Positions 37,342 to 46,725 are shown, numbered from the stretch's first letter. The stretch is 64,000 nt of DNA from Alphaproteobacteria bacterium (GCA_050175015.1 JBFXJJ010000004.1:128001-192000), one strand, 5' to 3'. Translations and numbers: made by a program. Notes: generated from the letters alone by a model not told the origin.

Positions 37342-37427
37342 TGGTGGAGGGGGAAGGATTCGAACCTTCGTACACTGATGTGGGCAGATTTACAGTCTGC
37401 TGCCTTTAACCACTCGGCCACCCCTCC
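37342..37427 (-). tRNA. tRNA-Tyr (GTA)
   Basis: GGAGGGGTGGCCGAGTGGTTAAAGGCAGCAGACTGTAAATCTGC, long variable arm, CCA end, 86 nt. Confidence 0.97.
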
Positions 37428-37584
37428 AAAAGGGTCAATATCTTTTTTAACTATAAAAGATAATAGAATGTTGGAAATATTGTATTTAAATTTATTTGTC
37501 AATCACAAAAAGTTATTTTTTTACACAAATCCAAAAATTCAGTTATAGTGATATAACATTTTTTATAATTTGGGAATTAAAAAT

Positions 37585-38358
37585 ATGAAAAAAAATAAAT
37601 TTAATAAAAAGCCTCAAGCAACGACTAAGCACAACCACCTTTGGTTATATGGCAAACACGCTGTAATGACAGCGATTGAAAATGAACGCCGTAAAATTTT
37701 TCGCATTTTGACATCTGGTGAAAGTTTCCCACAGAAAATTCTTGAAACTATTAAGAATCGAAATATCGTTATAGAAAATGTTCCTAAAAGCGAAATAGAT
37801 TCGCTTCTTACTAGTGATGCTGTTCATCAAGGTGTAGCGGCTGAAGTAGCTTTTTTAGATAATTATCCTTTAGAAGATTTATGCTCCGATTCTGGTTCTA
37901 AATTAATTGTTATTTTAGATCAGGTCACGGATCCGCATAACATTGGCGCCATAATGCGCTCTGCTGCTGCATTTAATGCTGATGCTGTTATTGTGCCTGA
38001 TAAAAACACCTGTCAAGAAACTGGTGTTTTAGCAAAATCTGCCAGCGGTGCTTTGGATACTGTCCCTTTTATACGAGTTGCCAATCTAGCAAACGCTATG
38101 GACACTCTTAAAAAGAATGATTTTTGGATTATTGGACTTGATGGAAAATGTGATAAAGAATTATCTCAAATAGATATTACGGCAAAAACAGCCATTGTGC
38201 TTGGATCTGAGGGTGATGGTATTCGTCGTTTGATTCTAGAAAACTGCGATTTCGTAGCAAAACTTCCAATATCAGAAAAGATTGAAAGTTTGAACGTTTC
38301 AAATGCTGCAGCCGTTGCTCTTTATGAAATTGCCTCAAAAAGAAAAAGTTTTGAGTAG
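37585..38358 (+). CDS. rlmB: 23S rRNA (guanosine-2'-O)-methyltransferase RlmB (SpoU/TrmH family)
   Basis: LYGKHAV, HQGV, DPHNIGAI.RSA, LGSEG.G, SLNVSNA; ATG at 37585. Confidence 0.92.
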   Translation: MKKNKFNKKPQATTKHNHLWLYGKHAVMTAIENERRKIFRILTSGESFPQKILETIKNRNIVIENVPKSEIDSLLTSDAVHQGVAAEVAFLDNYPLEDLCSDSGSKLIVILDQVTDPHNIGAIMRSAAAFNADAVIVPDKNTCQETGVLAKSASGALDTVPFIRVANLANAMDTLKKNDFWIIGLDGKCDKELSQIDITAKTAIVLGSEGDGIRRLILENCDFVAKLPISEKIESLNVSNAAAVALYEIASKRKSFE

Positions 38359-38360
38359 AA

Positions 38361-38717
38361 CTAATCTTTACTGATAGTTTCTCTGGCGGCATTAACAATC
38401 ATATCACCAAATTCACGCAGAAAGACGGAACCTTTAACGGTTCTTTGAATGATAACACTGCGGCGGTCTTTGTCATCTAGTTTACGTTTGACTAGTCCGT
38501 AGCTTCCTAATCGGTCTAGAGCTCTAGTAATCGCAGGCTTAGAAATATTAAGCTCTGCGGCTAGCCCTCTAACCGTATGAGGAGAATCTGTAAGATAGAC
38601 CATCATTAGAACGGCCATCTGCCTAGAAGAAAGATCGTGAGAATCCTTTTTTACACATTCAACGACAGCTCTGCGCCAAAAATCTAAAGCTTCAATCGGG
38701 TTAAGATTAAACGTCAT
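38361..38717 (-). CDS. MarR family winged-helix regulator
   Basis: TVRGLAAELNISKPAITRALDRL, DRRS wing motif. Confidence 0.9.
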   Translation of the reverse strand: MTFNLNPIEALDFWRRAVVECVKKDSHDLSSRQMAVLMMVYLTDSPHTVRGLAAELNISKPAITRALDRLGSYGLVKRKLDDKDRRSVIIQRTVKGSVFLREFGDMIVNAARETISKD

Positions 38718-38920
38718 AAAAAAATCCTTAGTCTTTTTGATGGTTTTTGGTTTAATAAGATTATTACACCTTTGTAACTATAATTTAGTTTTATACGACT
38801 AAACTCTTAACCGCAAGCATAGTTTGAAATATTTTTTATAATAAAGCTCTTGCTTTTTTCCTTTTTTTACATAAATATCCTTTTCCTCAACGAGTCTTTT
38901 TTTATAAGGTTCACCATAAA

Positions 38921-40297
38921 ATGCGCAGTGTCAGAAAAGCTTTAGCGCTAGAAAAACATTCTTCTAATAATAATATTCTTGAAACCGATGCTACTAATAC
39001 AGATAGCTCTAATCTTGTTTTAGAATCCTTAATCAAGGGGCACTCTCTACGTGCCTCTGGGATATTAACTACTGCCCTGACATTTTTTGAGAATGCCTTA
39101 CTTTATGATAACAGCAATACTGAAGCATTAGTTGCCTGTGGAGAGTGTTTTTATGACTTAGGGCAGTTTAATGAGTCTTTTGAACATTTTAAAAAAGCAT
39201 TATTTATTGAACCAGAAAATCGTTATTTATGGCGCTGTTGCTGCCAAAGTTTAGCTCTTACCAGCAATTTTTTTGATGCTATACAATTTTGCGAATCTAT
39301 GCTCTCAAAATGGCCTGACTGCGGACAGACACATATTTTATTAGCCAAGCTTTATCAAAGGAACAAAGATTTTGAAAAAGCCAAAAGCCACTATCACGAA
39401 GCTCTTTTCCTTGGTTTTAATACCGCAGAAGTCTGCTTTGATTTAGGGCTTATGCTTTTGGATACCGAGCAGCCTAAAGAAGCTGCTGAGAACTTATCTC
39501 GCTCTATTAGAGAAGGTTTTGCTAATCCTGTTGTTTATTTCTATCTCGGCAAAGCTTTTATTAATTTAGCTGACAACAAAACTGCCGTTGCAAATTTTAA
39601 TAAGTATTTAGAGTTTACAGAAACCGATGATTTAGGTGCAGCTAACTTTATAAAAAGCTGTGATGAAAAAACCGCTGCTCTCCCCCCTGTATATATTAAG
39701 GAGTTATTTGATCAATATGCGGACAATTTCGATGAGAGTTTGGTTGAAAAGTTAAATTATACCGTGCCAACCAAAATTGCTGATGAAATATCTAAAATTG
39801 CCGCTAAGCAAAAAATTGATATTTTAGATTTAGGCTGTGGAACAGGTCTTGCGGGAGAGGCTGTAAAAAACTTTGCCCAAATATTATGGGGAATTGATAT
39901 TTCACCTAATATGGTTGAAATCGCTAAAAACAAAAACATTTATGATGATTTAATCGTAAGTAATATCTCTGAAATTACCATAGAACAAAAATTTGATGTT
40001 GTTATTGCGGGAGATGTTCTTGTTTATTTTGGAGAACTTGAAACTATTTTTTCTTTAGCTAGCAGCTTATTAAAATCAGGCGGATATTTTATTGCCAGCG
40101 TTGAAAGTGATAATGATGAAGCAGGCGATGATGGTTTTATTTTCAAAGAAAGCCGCCGTTTTGGACATAATCATAATTATATTGAAAGCCTTGCGAAGAA
40201 AAACAACTTTTCAATCCATAATCTCCAAAAAATTACCCCAAGATATGAAAAAGGCAGCCCTTTAAATGGCTACCTTTTCACTTTGCACAAAATATAA
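38921..40297 (+). CDS. TPR-repeat protein fused to class I SAM methyltransferase (COG4976-like)
   Basis: N-terminal TPR-like helices; LFDQYA..FD, LDLGCGTGLAG, GIDISPNM, DVLVYFG. Confidence 0.85.
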   Translation: MRSVRKALALEKHSSNNNILETDATNTDSSNLVLESLIKGHSLRASGILTTALTFFENALLYDNSNTEALVACGECFYDLGQFNESFEHFKKALFIEPENRYLWRCCCQSLALTSNFFDAIQFCESMLSKWPDCGQTHILLAKLYQRNKDFEKAKSHYHEALFLGFNTAEVCFDLGLMLLDTEQPKEAAENLSRSIREGFANPVVYFYLGKAFINLADNKTAVANFNKYLEFTETDDLGAANFIKSCDEKTAALPPVYIKELFDQYADNFDESLVEKLNYTVPTKIADEISKIAAKQKIDILDLGCGTGLAGEAVKNFAQILWGIDISPNMVEIAKNKNIYDDLIVSNISEITIEQKFDVVIAGDVLVYFGELETIFSLASSLLKSGGYFIASVESDNDEAGDDGFIFKESRRFGHNHNYIESLAKKNNFSIHNLQKITPRYEKGSPLNGYLFTLHKI

Positions 40298-40312
40298 TTA
40301 AGCTGAATTTTT

Positions 40313-41320
40313 TTAACGACTTTTGCTTTTCAATATCTTAACAATATCAGCACTACGATTTATTTGATTCGTATTTTCCATAGGCTTTACTGATGATTTG
40401 GTAACCATTTTAAGACTTTCTCCAGGAGCAAGAACCTTAATCCCTGTTTCTTCTGGGGTTTTTCTGCCCTTAGCAACTTCACTTGTGCCATAAACTGAAT
40501 GCGTAAGCGGCTCAGCACAAAGAGCATCTGTCCAATCAGGAACACAGATTGTAATATAATTTTTGTTATAATTACCCATTGATGAAACCGTTATCTGTTT
40601 ATCCATTTCGGGATATTTGATGGTAAAATTGCCGTCTTTACTAGAAAAATTAGCATCTAAGCCATAAATGCTGCTCACCTTTTTTCCTTTTGAGCAATCC
40701 AAATCTTTAGGCACAGGTCTTTCTTCTGCTGAAGGCTTATCGGTTTTAACGTCAAACTGAAGTTTTTCATTAGCAACAGTAAGGGTCATATCATCAGTCT
40801 TAACCCAGTAAAAATGAAGCCCTGCTCCCACAGGAAAAGAAGCTTCTTTTTCTTTGTTTATAACTTCAACGTCTATTTTAAACGCATCTTTTGAAAGCGA
40901 TATGGTCTGTTTAGCTTCATATTTGAATGGGAAACCACTTTCACCATTATGCTCATAACTGATTACTGCCGAAGTTTTATCAAAGCTTTCAACTTTCCAC
41001 GACTGCTGCCAAGCATCACCGTGAATGTTATGCTCTACCGAAGGGTGATTTTTTTCTGCTCCTATAGTTCTGCCATTATAGGTGCATGGTTCCACTCTGT
41101 TAATGTATGGAATCCCAGTATGAACCCCCATATCACCTGCTGCCAAAGGATTGCCTACATTAGCTTTATCATCATGACCTCTTAGCAATGGAACGAATTC
41201 TTTTTTACCGTCTTTTTCCTGCCAAAATCCAAAGCGTGAAATTGCGCCGCCAACGCCAGCAGCGATTTCTAATTCCATATCACCGTTTTTTAAAACTATA
41301 CGTTCTTCATCATTCATCAT
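40313..41320 (-). CDS. Aldose 1-epimerase (mutarotase) family protein with extra basic C-terminal tail
   Basis: PYINR, IHGDAW, GLHFYW, CAEP, LAPGE motifs. Confidence 0.85.
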   Translation of the reverse strand: MMNDEERIVLKNGDMELEIAAGVGGAISRFGFWQEKDGKKEFVPLLRGHDDKANVGNPLAAGDMGVHTGIPYINRVEPCTYNGRTIGAEKNHPSVEHNIHGDAWQQSWKVESFDKTSAVISYEHNGESGFPFKYEAKQTISLSKDAFKIDVEVINKEKEASFPVGAGLHFYWVKTDDMTLTVANEKLQFDVKTDKPSAEERPVPKDLDCSKGKKVSSIYGLDANFSSKDGNFTIKYPEMDKQITVSSMGNYNKNYITICVPDWTDALCAEPLTHSVYGTSEVAKGRKTPEETGIKVLAPGESLKMVTKSSVKPMENTNQINRSADIVKILKSKSR

Positions 41321-41573
41321 ATTTTCAGAAACCTTTTCTCACTCAGTTAAAGTTTGTGGGAAATATTCTATTACAAAATAACCTAAAAATCATATTAATT
41401 TTTTAGTTGAAAGAATTATTTACTTAAAACCTTAAAACAATAACTCTTATAGATAATCCCGCCGAAAGGCTGGTTTCTACAGCTTACGCTCGCATAAAAG
41501 TTTTGCTTTTTTAAAAGCAAAAACAGTCCGTTAGGACAAAAGCGATAACTTTTATATTTTAACTGCTTTGCAG

Positions 41574-41607
41574 GTCAAAGAAACTTTTTAAAAAAAGTTT
41601 CTTTGAC
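41574..41607. terminator. Long perfect hairpin downstream of the 465-aa ORF
   Basis: gtcaaagaaacttttt-aa-aaaaagtttctttgac. Confidence 0.55.
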
Positions 41608-41624
41608 AAATCTTCAAAAATTTT

Positions 41625-43022
41625 TTAAGCAGCAAAATAATCTCTCCGTTTTTTCAGTATATTACTAAAAACACTTGTTAAACCATCAGCCCCATCTTGA
41701 ATCAGGCGGTCAAACGTGGCTGTCGCCGTTTTAGGACCTAAGATATTATCTTCTTCCAAAGCTTTTACGGGAGTTTTCTTAAAGCCCTGATAAGGCTCTC
41801 TTCGATCCTGCGCATCGCTTAAGTGATTCAATGCCTCCTGTAAAACTTTTACGCCTTTGCCGCCTGTTGTATTATCAGCTTCACCGATTAAGCCTGCAAC
41901 ATTTTTAAGACTATCGTTTACCGATTTGCCGAACCTGTCCTTAATCGGACTCGGTTCCTGCGGCTCTTTGATAACAGACGGCGTATCAATCATCTTGCCT
42001 GTGTCATCATATTCAACATCGCCAGGATAACGAACTCCGAAATATTTCTTAAGATGATCATCAACAGCCTGCCTTTTAGGATGAAAGACTTTGTCAAAAA
42101 CAAAATTTTGGGCTTCTCTCATTTCTCCTTTGGTCATTTCTTCGGGTCTTTTAGCTAGAATCTTAGATGCAGAATCAATGTTTTTACTGAGCAAATCAAA
42201 AATATCACTGACACTATACGGATTTTTTGACAGAGGAGTAGCAGTTCCTGATATATCATCGCTGGCAGGATCTACATAGTATTTTGCCTCGATGTTTATA
42301 TCTTTGCTATTTGTGCCCTGAGCATTATCTTTAGACTCTTTTTCTTTATCCAGAGGCATAATGTTTTTATTTTCAGGATTTTCTGCTTCCAAGATTTTCT
42401 GTTCAATATCCTTTAAAGAAACCGTGCCGATTTTATCTTTTAACTCCTCTTCAGCTCTGGACATCTGATCTTTTAATTCGGTTTCGGTCTTGATGTCTTC
42501 TAACCGCTTTTGCTCTTTCGCTTTTGCTTCCTGCTCCTGATTATATTCTTCGTTTAAATCGTCGCCAAAACCCCAAGTTCTAAAATTGCCTAAACCTCCA
42601 GGCAATTTACATTTTACTCCTGCTTCATGGCAAATAGTATTGACAACAGAATTGCTGTTGCTGGGTGGAAACGTATCATAGTCAAAGCTTTGTTCGGCTA
42701 TTTTATCCGCAGCTTTCTGCATATTCTGCCAAGTTTCCTCCAGTTGGTTGTCTGGGATATCAAGCTTGGTGCTTTTGCGCAGCTTTTCATCTGCGCCATA
42801 GGCGTCTTTAGATTTATTCAAGTCAACATTGTTTTCTATTACAAGATTACCCCCATCAAGACTTTTATCACCAGGGCCGCCACTAATAACTTTTTCATTG
42901 CCTTTACCATCTCGATAAACCAAATAAGAATGTTGAAAAATATCATTGTTCCATTGTATTTTTACACTTCTTGTTTCTAAATATATACCTTTTGCTTTGG
43001 TTTGTTGTTTAATATCTGTCAT
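41625..43022 (-). CDS. Hypothetical modular protein; toxin/effector-like N-terminal domain, charged linker, C-terminal peptidoglycan-binding-like motif
   Basis: GAAGGA RBS; HSYLVY..GGP..NSNS N-terminus; VKVLQEALNHL...LEEDNILGPKTATA resembles PG_binding_1. Confidence 0.6.
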   Translation of the reverse strand: MTDIKQQTKAKGIYLETRSVKIQWNNDIFQHSYLVYRDGKGNEKVISGGPGDKSLDGGNLVIENNVDLNKSKDAYGADEKLRKSTKLDIPDNQLEETWQNMQKAADKIAEQSFDYDTFPPSNSNSVVNTICHEAGVKCKLPGGLGNFRTWGFGDDLNEEYNQEQEAKAKEQKRLEDIKTETELKDQMSRAEEELKDKIGTVSLKDIEQKILEAENPENKNIMPLDKEKESKDNAQGTNSKDINIEAKYYVDPASDDISGTATPLSKNPYSVSDIFDLLSKNIDSASKILAKRPEEMTKGEMREAQNFVFDKVFHPKRQAVDDHLKKYFGVRYPGDVEYDDTGKMIDTPSVIKEPQEPSPIKDRFGKSVNDSLKNVAGLIGEADNTTGGKGVKVLQEALNHLSDAQDRREPYQGFKKTPVKALEEDNILGPKTATATFDRLIQDGADGLTSVFSNILKKRRDYFAA

Positions 43023-43070
43023 TTCTAAAATCCTTCTATAAAATTAAAATAAAGCAGTATTTACTGCACA

Positions 43071-43110
43071 AAAAAGGCAGGTTAATAAAAACCTGCCTTA
43101 ATTTTTAAAA
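43071..43110. repeat. 40-bp direct repeat copy A (duplicated lepA terminator)
   Basis: aaaaaggcaggttaataaaaacctgccttaatttttaaaa identical to 44013..44052. Confidence 0.95.
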
Positions 43111-43176
43111 AACCAAAATTAACTGGCTTTCTAAAAAAGCTTTTAAATATTTTGAATCTTTGTTAGTATCATTTAC

Positions 43177-43566
43177 ATGTTTGATAATGATTTTTTCTAT
43201 GTCGTATCTAGAAGCACTCCTATCGTTGCCGTGCTGGCGTATATTATTTATTCTTTTATGAAAAAGAATGAAAATATTAAAAAAATTGTTTTCAATTATT
43301 ATGTGTTTTTATTATTTGTTACTTCGACAGGCTGCCCATTTTTTATATCTTTTTTAACACGCAATGAGAAAATATTATTATTTTTTCACACTTTTATGCC
43401 TTTTATTAGTTTTATTGTTTTGTTTTTATTATTTTACAGTAAAAATTTAAAAATTAATATTTTAGGTATATCATTGACTTTTTTGCTTATGTCTACTGTT
43501 TTAGTTGTTTCAAGCCTTTCAGTATTTCTCTTAGGTTTAATTGTTGTTAATTTTTTCTGGTATTAA
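43177..43566 (+). CDS. Small multi-pass membrane protein, unknown function
   Basis: 129 aa, about 4 hydrophobic segments, very AT-rich. Confidence 0.6.
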   Translation: MFDNDFFYVVSRSTPIVAVLAYIIYSFMKKNENIKKIVFNYYVFLLFVTSTGCPFFISFLTRNEKILLFFHTFMPFISFIVLFLLFYSKNLKINILGISLTFLLMSTVLVVSSLSVFLLGLIVVNFFWY

Positions 43567-43567
43567 A

Positions 43568-43837
43568 ATGAAACAAAAAATATTAAAAATACTTTTTTTT
43601 ATATTTTGTATATATATTGCACTTTTTTTTATTTCAATCTGCTTTACTTTTAACTTTGCGCATTTAAGCAATTTCATTGCTATTGGCTGTTTTCTAACAC
43701 TTTTTTATAAGCATAAAACCTTAAAACTTTATTATAAAATTCTCCTTTGCTTTGGCCTGCTGACACCAATTTTAGCTTTCTGTTATTACTACTTTTTTGC
43801 TTTTGATAAAGTTGACCTCTATTTTGAACTAATATAA
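43568..43837 (+). CDS. Small multi-pass membrane protein, unknown function
   Basis: ATG 1 nt after the previous stop; MKQKILKILFFIFC..., 89 aa, about 3 hydrophobic segments. Confidence 0.55.
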   Translation: MKQKILKILFFIFCIYIALFFISICFTFNFAHLSNFIAIGCFLTLFYKHKTLKLYYKILLCFGLLTPILAFCYYYFFAFDKVDLYFELI

Positions 43838-43929
43838 TTTTCAAAATATCAGAACAAGCAAGTTAACTAAAATAATTTAATTTTTATGGATAGAATTAGG
43901 CGCACGTGTAGTTACTGAACCTAACAGAA

Positions 43930-43959
43930 CTTATATCACAAAAACAACTAAATTGTCAA
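43930..43959 (-). promoter_or_regulatory. Near-consensus sigma70 promoter pointing antisense into the cassette
   Basis: Minus strand TTGACA-18 nt-TATAAG with TG at the extended -10 position. Confidence 0.55.
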
Positions 43960-44012
43960 GAACAAAAACAGAACCAAGTTAAATTAATTTTAGATATAAA
44001 CTAAGCCCCACC

Positions 44013-44052
44013 AAAAAGGCAGGTTAATAAAAACCTGCCTTAATTTTTAAAA
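44013..44052. terminator. lepA intrinsic terminator; 40-bp direct repeat copy B
   Basis: aggcaggtt/aacctgcct stem followed by a T tract on the minus strand, 35 bp past the lepA stop. Confidence 0.85.
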
Positions 44053-44087
44053 TATTTATTTCTCTAAAGTTGCTTTTCAAAACATCT

Positions 44088-45890
44088 TTAGTCGCTGTCA
44101 ATTTTTAAAGCTTCAATAAAAGCACTTTGTGGAATTTCGACTTTACCAAACTGGCGCATACGTTTTTTGCCTTTCTTTTGCTTTTCTAAGAGTTTTCTCT
44201 TTCTTGTAATATCGCCGCCATAACATTTAGCCGTAACATCTTTACGAAAAGCACTAATCGTTTCCCTTGCAATAACGGTTCCCCCAATCGCAGCTTGAAG
44301 CGGAATCTTAAACATATGCCTTGGAATTAAGTCTTTGAGCCTTTCACAAATCATTCTGCCTCTTGCCATAGCTTGCGAACGATGGCACATAAAAGAAAGA
44401 GCATCAACAGGTTCACTGTTTATCAGCATTGAAACTTTGACCAAGTCACTTTCAGAATAGCCATCCATTTCATAATCAAAGCTTGCATAGCCTCTAGAAA
44501 TTGATTTTAAACGGTCATAAAAATCAAAAACAATCTCATTAAGAGGAAGCCTATAAACAACCATAGCCCTATTCCCAGCATAGGTTAAATTAACTTGCTC
44601 TCCTCTTCTTTCGGTACAAAGCTTAAGAACAGCTCCCAAATATTCATCAGGAACCATAATTGTTGCTTTAACCCAAGGTTCTTCAAAAGATTCAATTTTA
44701 GCAGGATCAGGCATATCAGCAGGATTATGAAGATCAAGATTTCTGCCATCGGTTAAATGAAGCTTATAGACAACACTTGGAGCCGTTGTAATTAAATCTA
44801 AATCAAACTCTCTATCCAATCTTTCCTGAATGATTTCCATATGGAGCAAGCCCAGAAAACCACATCTAAAACCAAGCCCTAAGGCCGCAGAAGTTTCAGG
44901 AATAAACTCAAAACTAGAATCATTTAGCTGCAATTTAGCAAGGGAATCCTTTAAGTTGTCATATTCACTAGAATCTATCGGAAATAAACTGCAAAACACC
45001 ACAGGTATACTTGGTTTAAATCCAGCTAACGCTTTTAATGTCGGACGTTTTTCTTCAGTTATAGTGTCGCCAACATGACAATCACCAACGCTTTTAATTG
45101 ATGCGGTAAAAAAGCCAAGTTCTCCTGCCCCCAACTCGTCAACATCAAGCATTTTTGGTGTAAAAATACCAAGTTTCTCAATTTGATAGCTCATACCATT
45201 TGACATCATCTTGATTTTCATCTTTTTACGCATTTTGCCGTCAATAATACGGAAAAGAATTATAACGCCTAAATAAGCATCATACCAAGAATCAACCAAA
45301 AGAGCTTTTAACGGTTCATCTTCATTGCCTTTGGGCGCAGGAAGATATTTAACAACCGCTTCTAAAACTTTTTCTATTCCAAGTCCTGTTTTTGCTGAAA
45401 TTTCAACCGCATTTTCAGTATCAATGCCGATTACTTCTTCTATCTGTCTTTTAGTTCCTTCAACATCGGCTGCGGGCAAATCTATTTTGTTTAGAGCTAC
45501 AACAATTTCGTGATTAGCATCAAGCGCTTGATAAACATTGGCTAGCGTTTGAGCTTCAACACCTTGAGAAGCATCAACTACTAATATAGAGCCTTCACAA
45601 GCAAGCATTGAACGGCTTACTTCATAAGAAAAATCGACATGTCCCGGAGTATCAACCAAATTAAGAGTATAGTTTTCTCCATTTTGAGCCTTGTAGTTCA
45701 TACGAACGGTCTGAGCCTTTATGGTAATACCACGTTCGCGTTCAATATCCATTGAATCTAATATTTGCTCTTTCATCTCACGCTGTTCAACTGCTCCGCA
45801 TTTTTCAATTAATCTATCTGCAAGCGTTGACTTTCCGTGATCTATGTGAGCAACAATAGCAAAATTTCTGATATTATTTATTTTACCCAT
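44088..45890 (-). CDS. lepA: Elongation factor 4 (LepA)
   Basis: [31 protein letters not shown]. Confidence 0.99.
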   Translation of the reverse strand: MGKINNIRNFAIVAHIDHGKSTLADRLIEKCGAVEQREMKEQILDSMDIERERGITIKAQTVRMNYKAQNGENYTLNLVDTPGHVDFSYEVSRSMLACEGSILVVDASQGVEAQTLANVYQALDANHEIVVALNKIDLPAADVEGTKRQIEEVIGIDTENAVEISAKTGLGIEKVLEAVVKYLPAPKGNEDEPLKALLVDSWYDAYLGVIILFRIIDGKMRKKMKIKMMSNGMSYQIEKLGIFTPKMLDVDELGAGELGFFTASIKSVGDCHVGDTITEEKRPTLKALAGFKPSIPVVFCSLFPIDSSEYDNLKDSLAKLQLNDSSFEFIPETSAALGLGFRCGFLGLLHMEIIQERLDREFDLDLITTAPSVVYKLHLTDGRNLDLHNPADMPDPAKIESFEEPWVKATIMVPDEYLGAVLKLCTERRGEQVNLTYAGNRAMVVYRLPLNEIVFDFYDRLKSISRGYASFDYEMDGYSESDLVKVSMLINSEPVDALSFMCHRSQAMARGRMICERLKDLIPRHMFKIPLQAAIGGTVIARETISAFRKDVTAKCYGGDITRKRKLLEKQKKGKKRMRQFGKVEIPQSAFIEALKIDSD

Positions 45891-46094
45891 ATTTGGTTTT
45901 CCGTATTTGTTATTACTAATAAGAAATTTAAAAGATACATAAATCTAAGATAGCTTTTATAGAAATCATTTAAAAAGAGCAAGCCTATTTCGATAAAAGC
46001 AAGGTTTAACCTAAATTACTTGAAGATTTCAATCTTATGGACAATAATATTCTAAAATCTTAAAGACTGCGATTTTAATTAAAGGGAGAAATAA

Positions 46095-46664
46095 ATGAAC
46101 TACAATAGAAGGAACGACCTAAATAAAAATGATTCATCTGCAAAAAATGATAAAAAATGCAAATCATTCTTATGCCTTGAAACTGTTCTAAGCAAAATTA
46201 TCAGGTTTTCAGTATCGCTCCTTGCAATTTTGATGACCATTATGATTTTGTTTGGCGTTATTGACGTCGCAAAGAGCGTATTTCATTCCTTCGATGCCTC
46301 ATCAGGTAAAGTTCCAGGAATTAATGAACTTCTAGCCTCTTTCGGATCTTTTATGGCGGTATTAATCGCTATTGAAATCTTAATTAACATCACCGTTTAT
46401 CTCCAAGATAATTTCATACATACACGTATTGTTATGGCCACAGCTTTAATCGCTATCGCACGAAAAGTAATTGTTATGGACGTAGAAAAAACCGCTCCTG
46501 AATATGCTTGGGCCATTGCAGCTATAATTCTTACAGCCAGCATAGGTTATTGGATTACAATGATTTCACCAGAAGAAAATGAAAGGAAGTCTCGATTTTC
46601 ATTTAATAAATTTTATAATCGCAAAAATTATAATCCCCCTAAAAATCACAATGAAAACCAATAA
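46095..46664 (+). CDS. Phosphate-starvation-inducible PsiE family membrane protein
   Basis: VLIAIEI..NIT.YL, V.ATAL.AIARKVI. Confidence 0.85.
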   Translation: MNYNRRNDLNKNDSSAKNDKKCKSFLCLETVLSKIIRFSVSLLAILMTIMILFGVIDVAKSVFHSFDASSGKVPGINELLASFGSFMAVLIAIEILINITVYLQDNFIHTRIVMATALIAIARKVIVMDVEKTAPEYAWAIAAIILTASIGYWITMISPEENERKSRFSFNKFYNRKNYNPPKNHNENQ

Positions 46665-46684
46665 GCTTTAATTTATAAAAACGA

Positions 46685-46715
46685 AAAAGGCGGAAAAATT
46701 TTAATTCCGCCTTTT
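46685..46715. terminator. Bidirectional terminator between convergent genes
   Basis: aaaaggcggaa...ttccgcctttt. Confidence 0.8.
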
Positions 46716-46725
46716 GTTTTTTAAT

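Noticed and set aside
37234-37548. 104-aa plus-strand ORF
   Set aside because: Antisense shadow of tRNA-Gly and tRNA-Tyr
41515-41545. agtccgttaggac resembles stem II of a hammerhead ribozyme
   Set aside because: The required CUGANGA and GAAA core nucleotides are absent (flanks read caaaaaca and aaaa), and the other strand does not fit either
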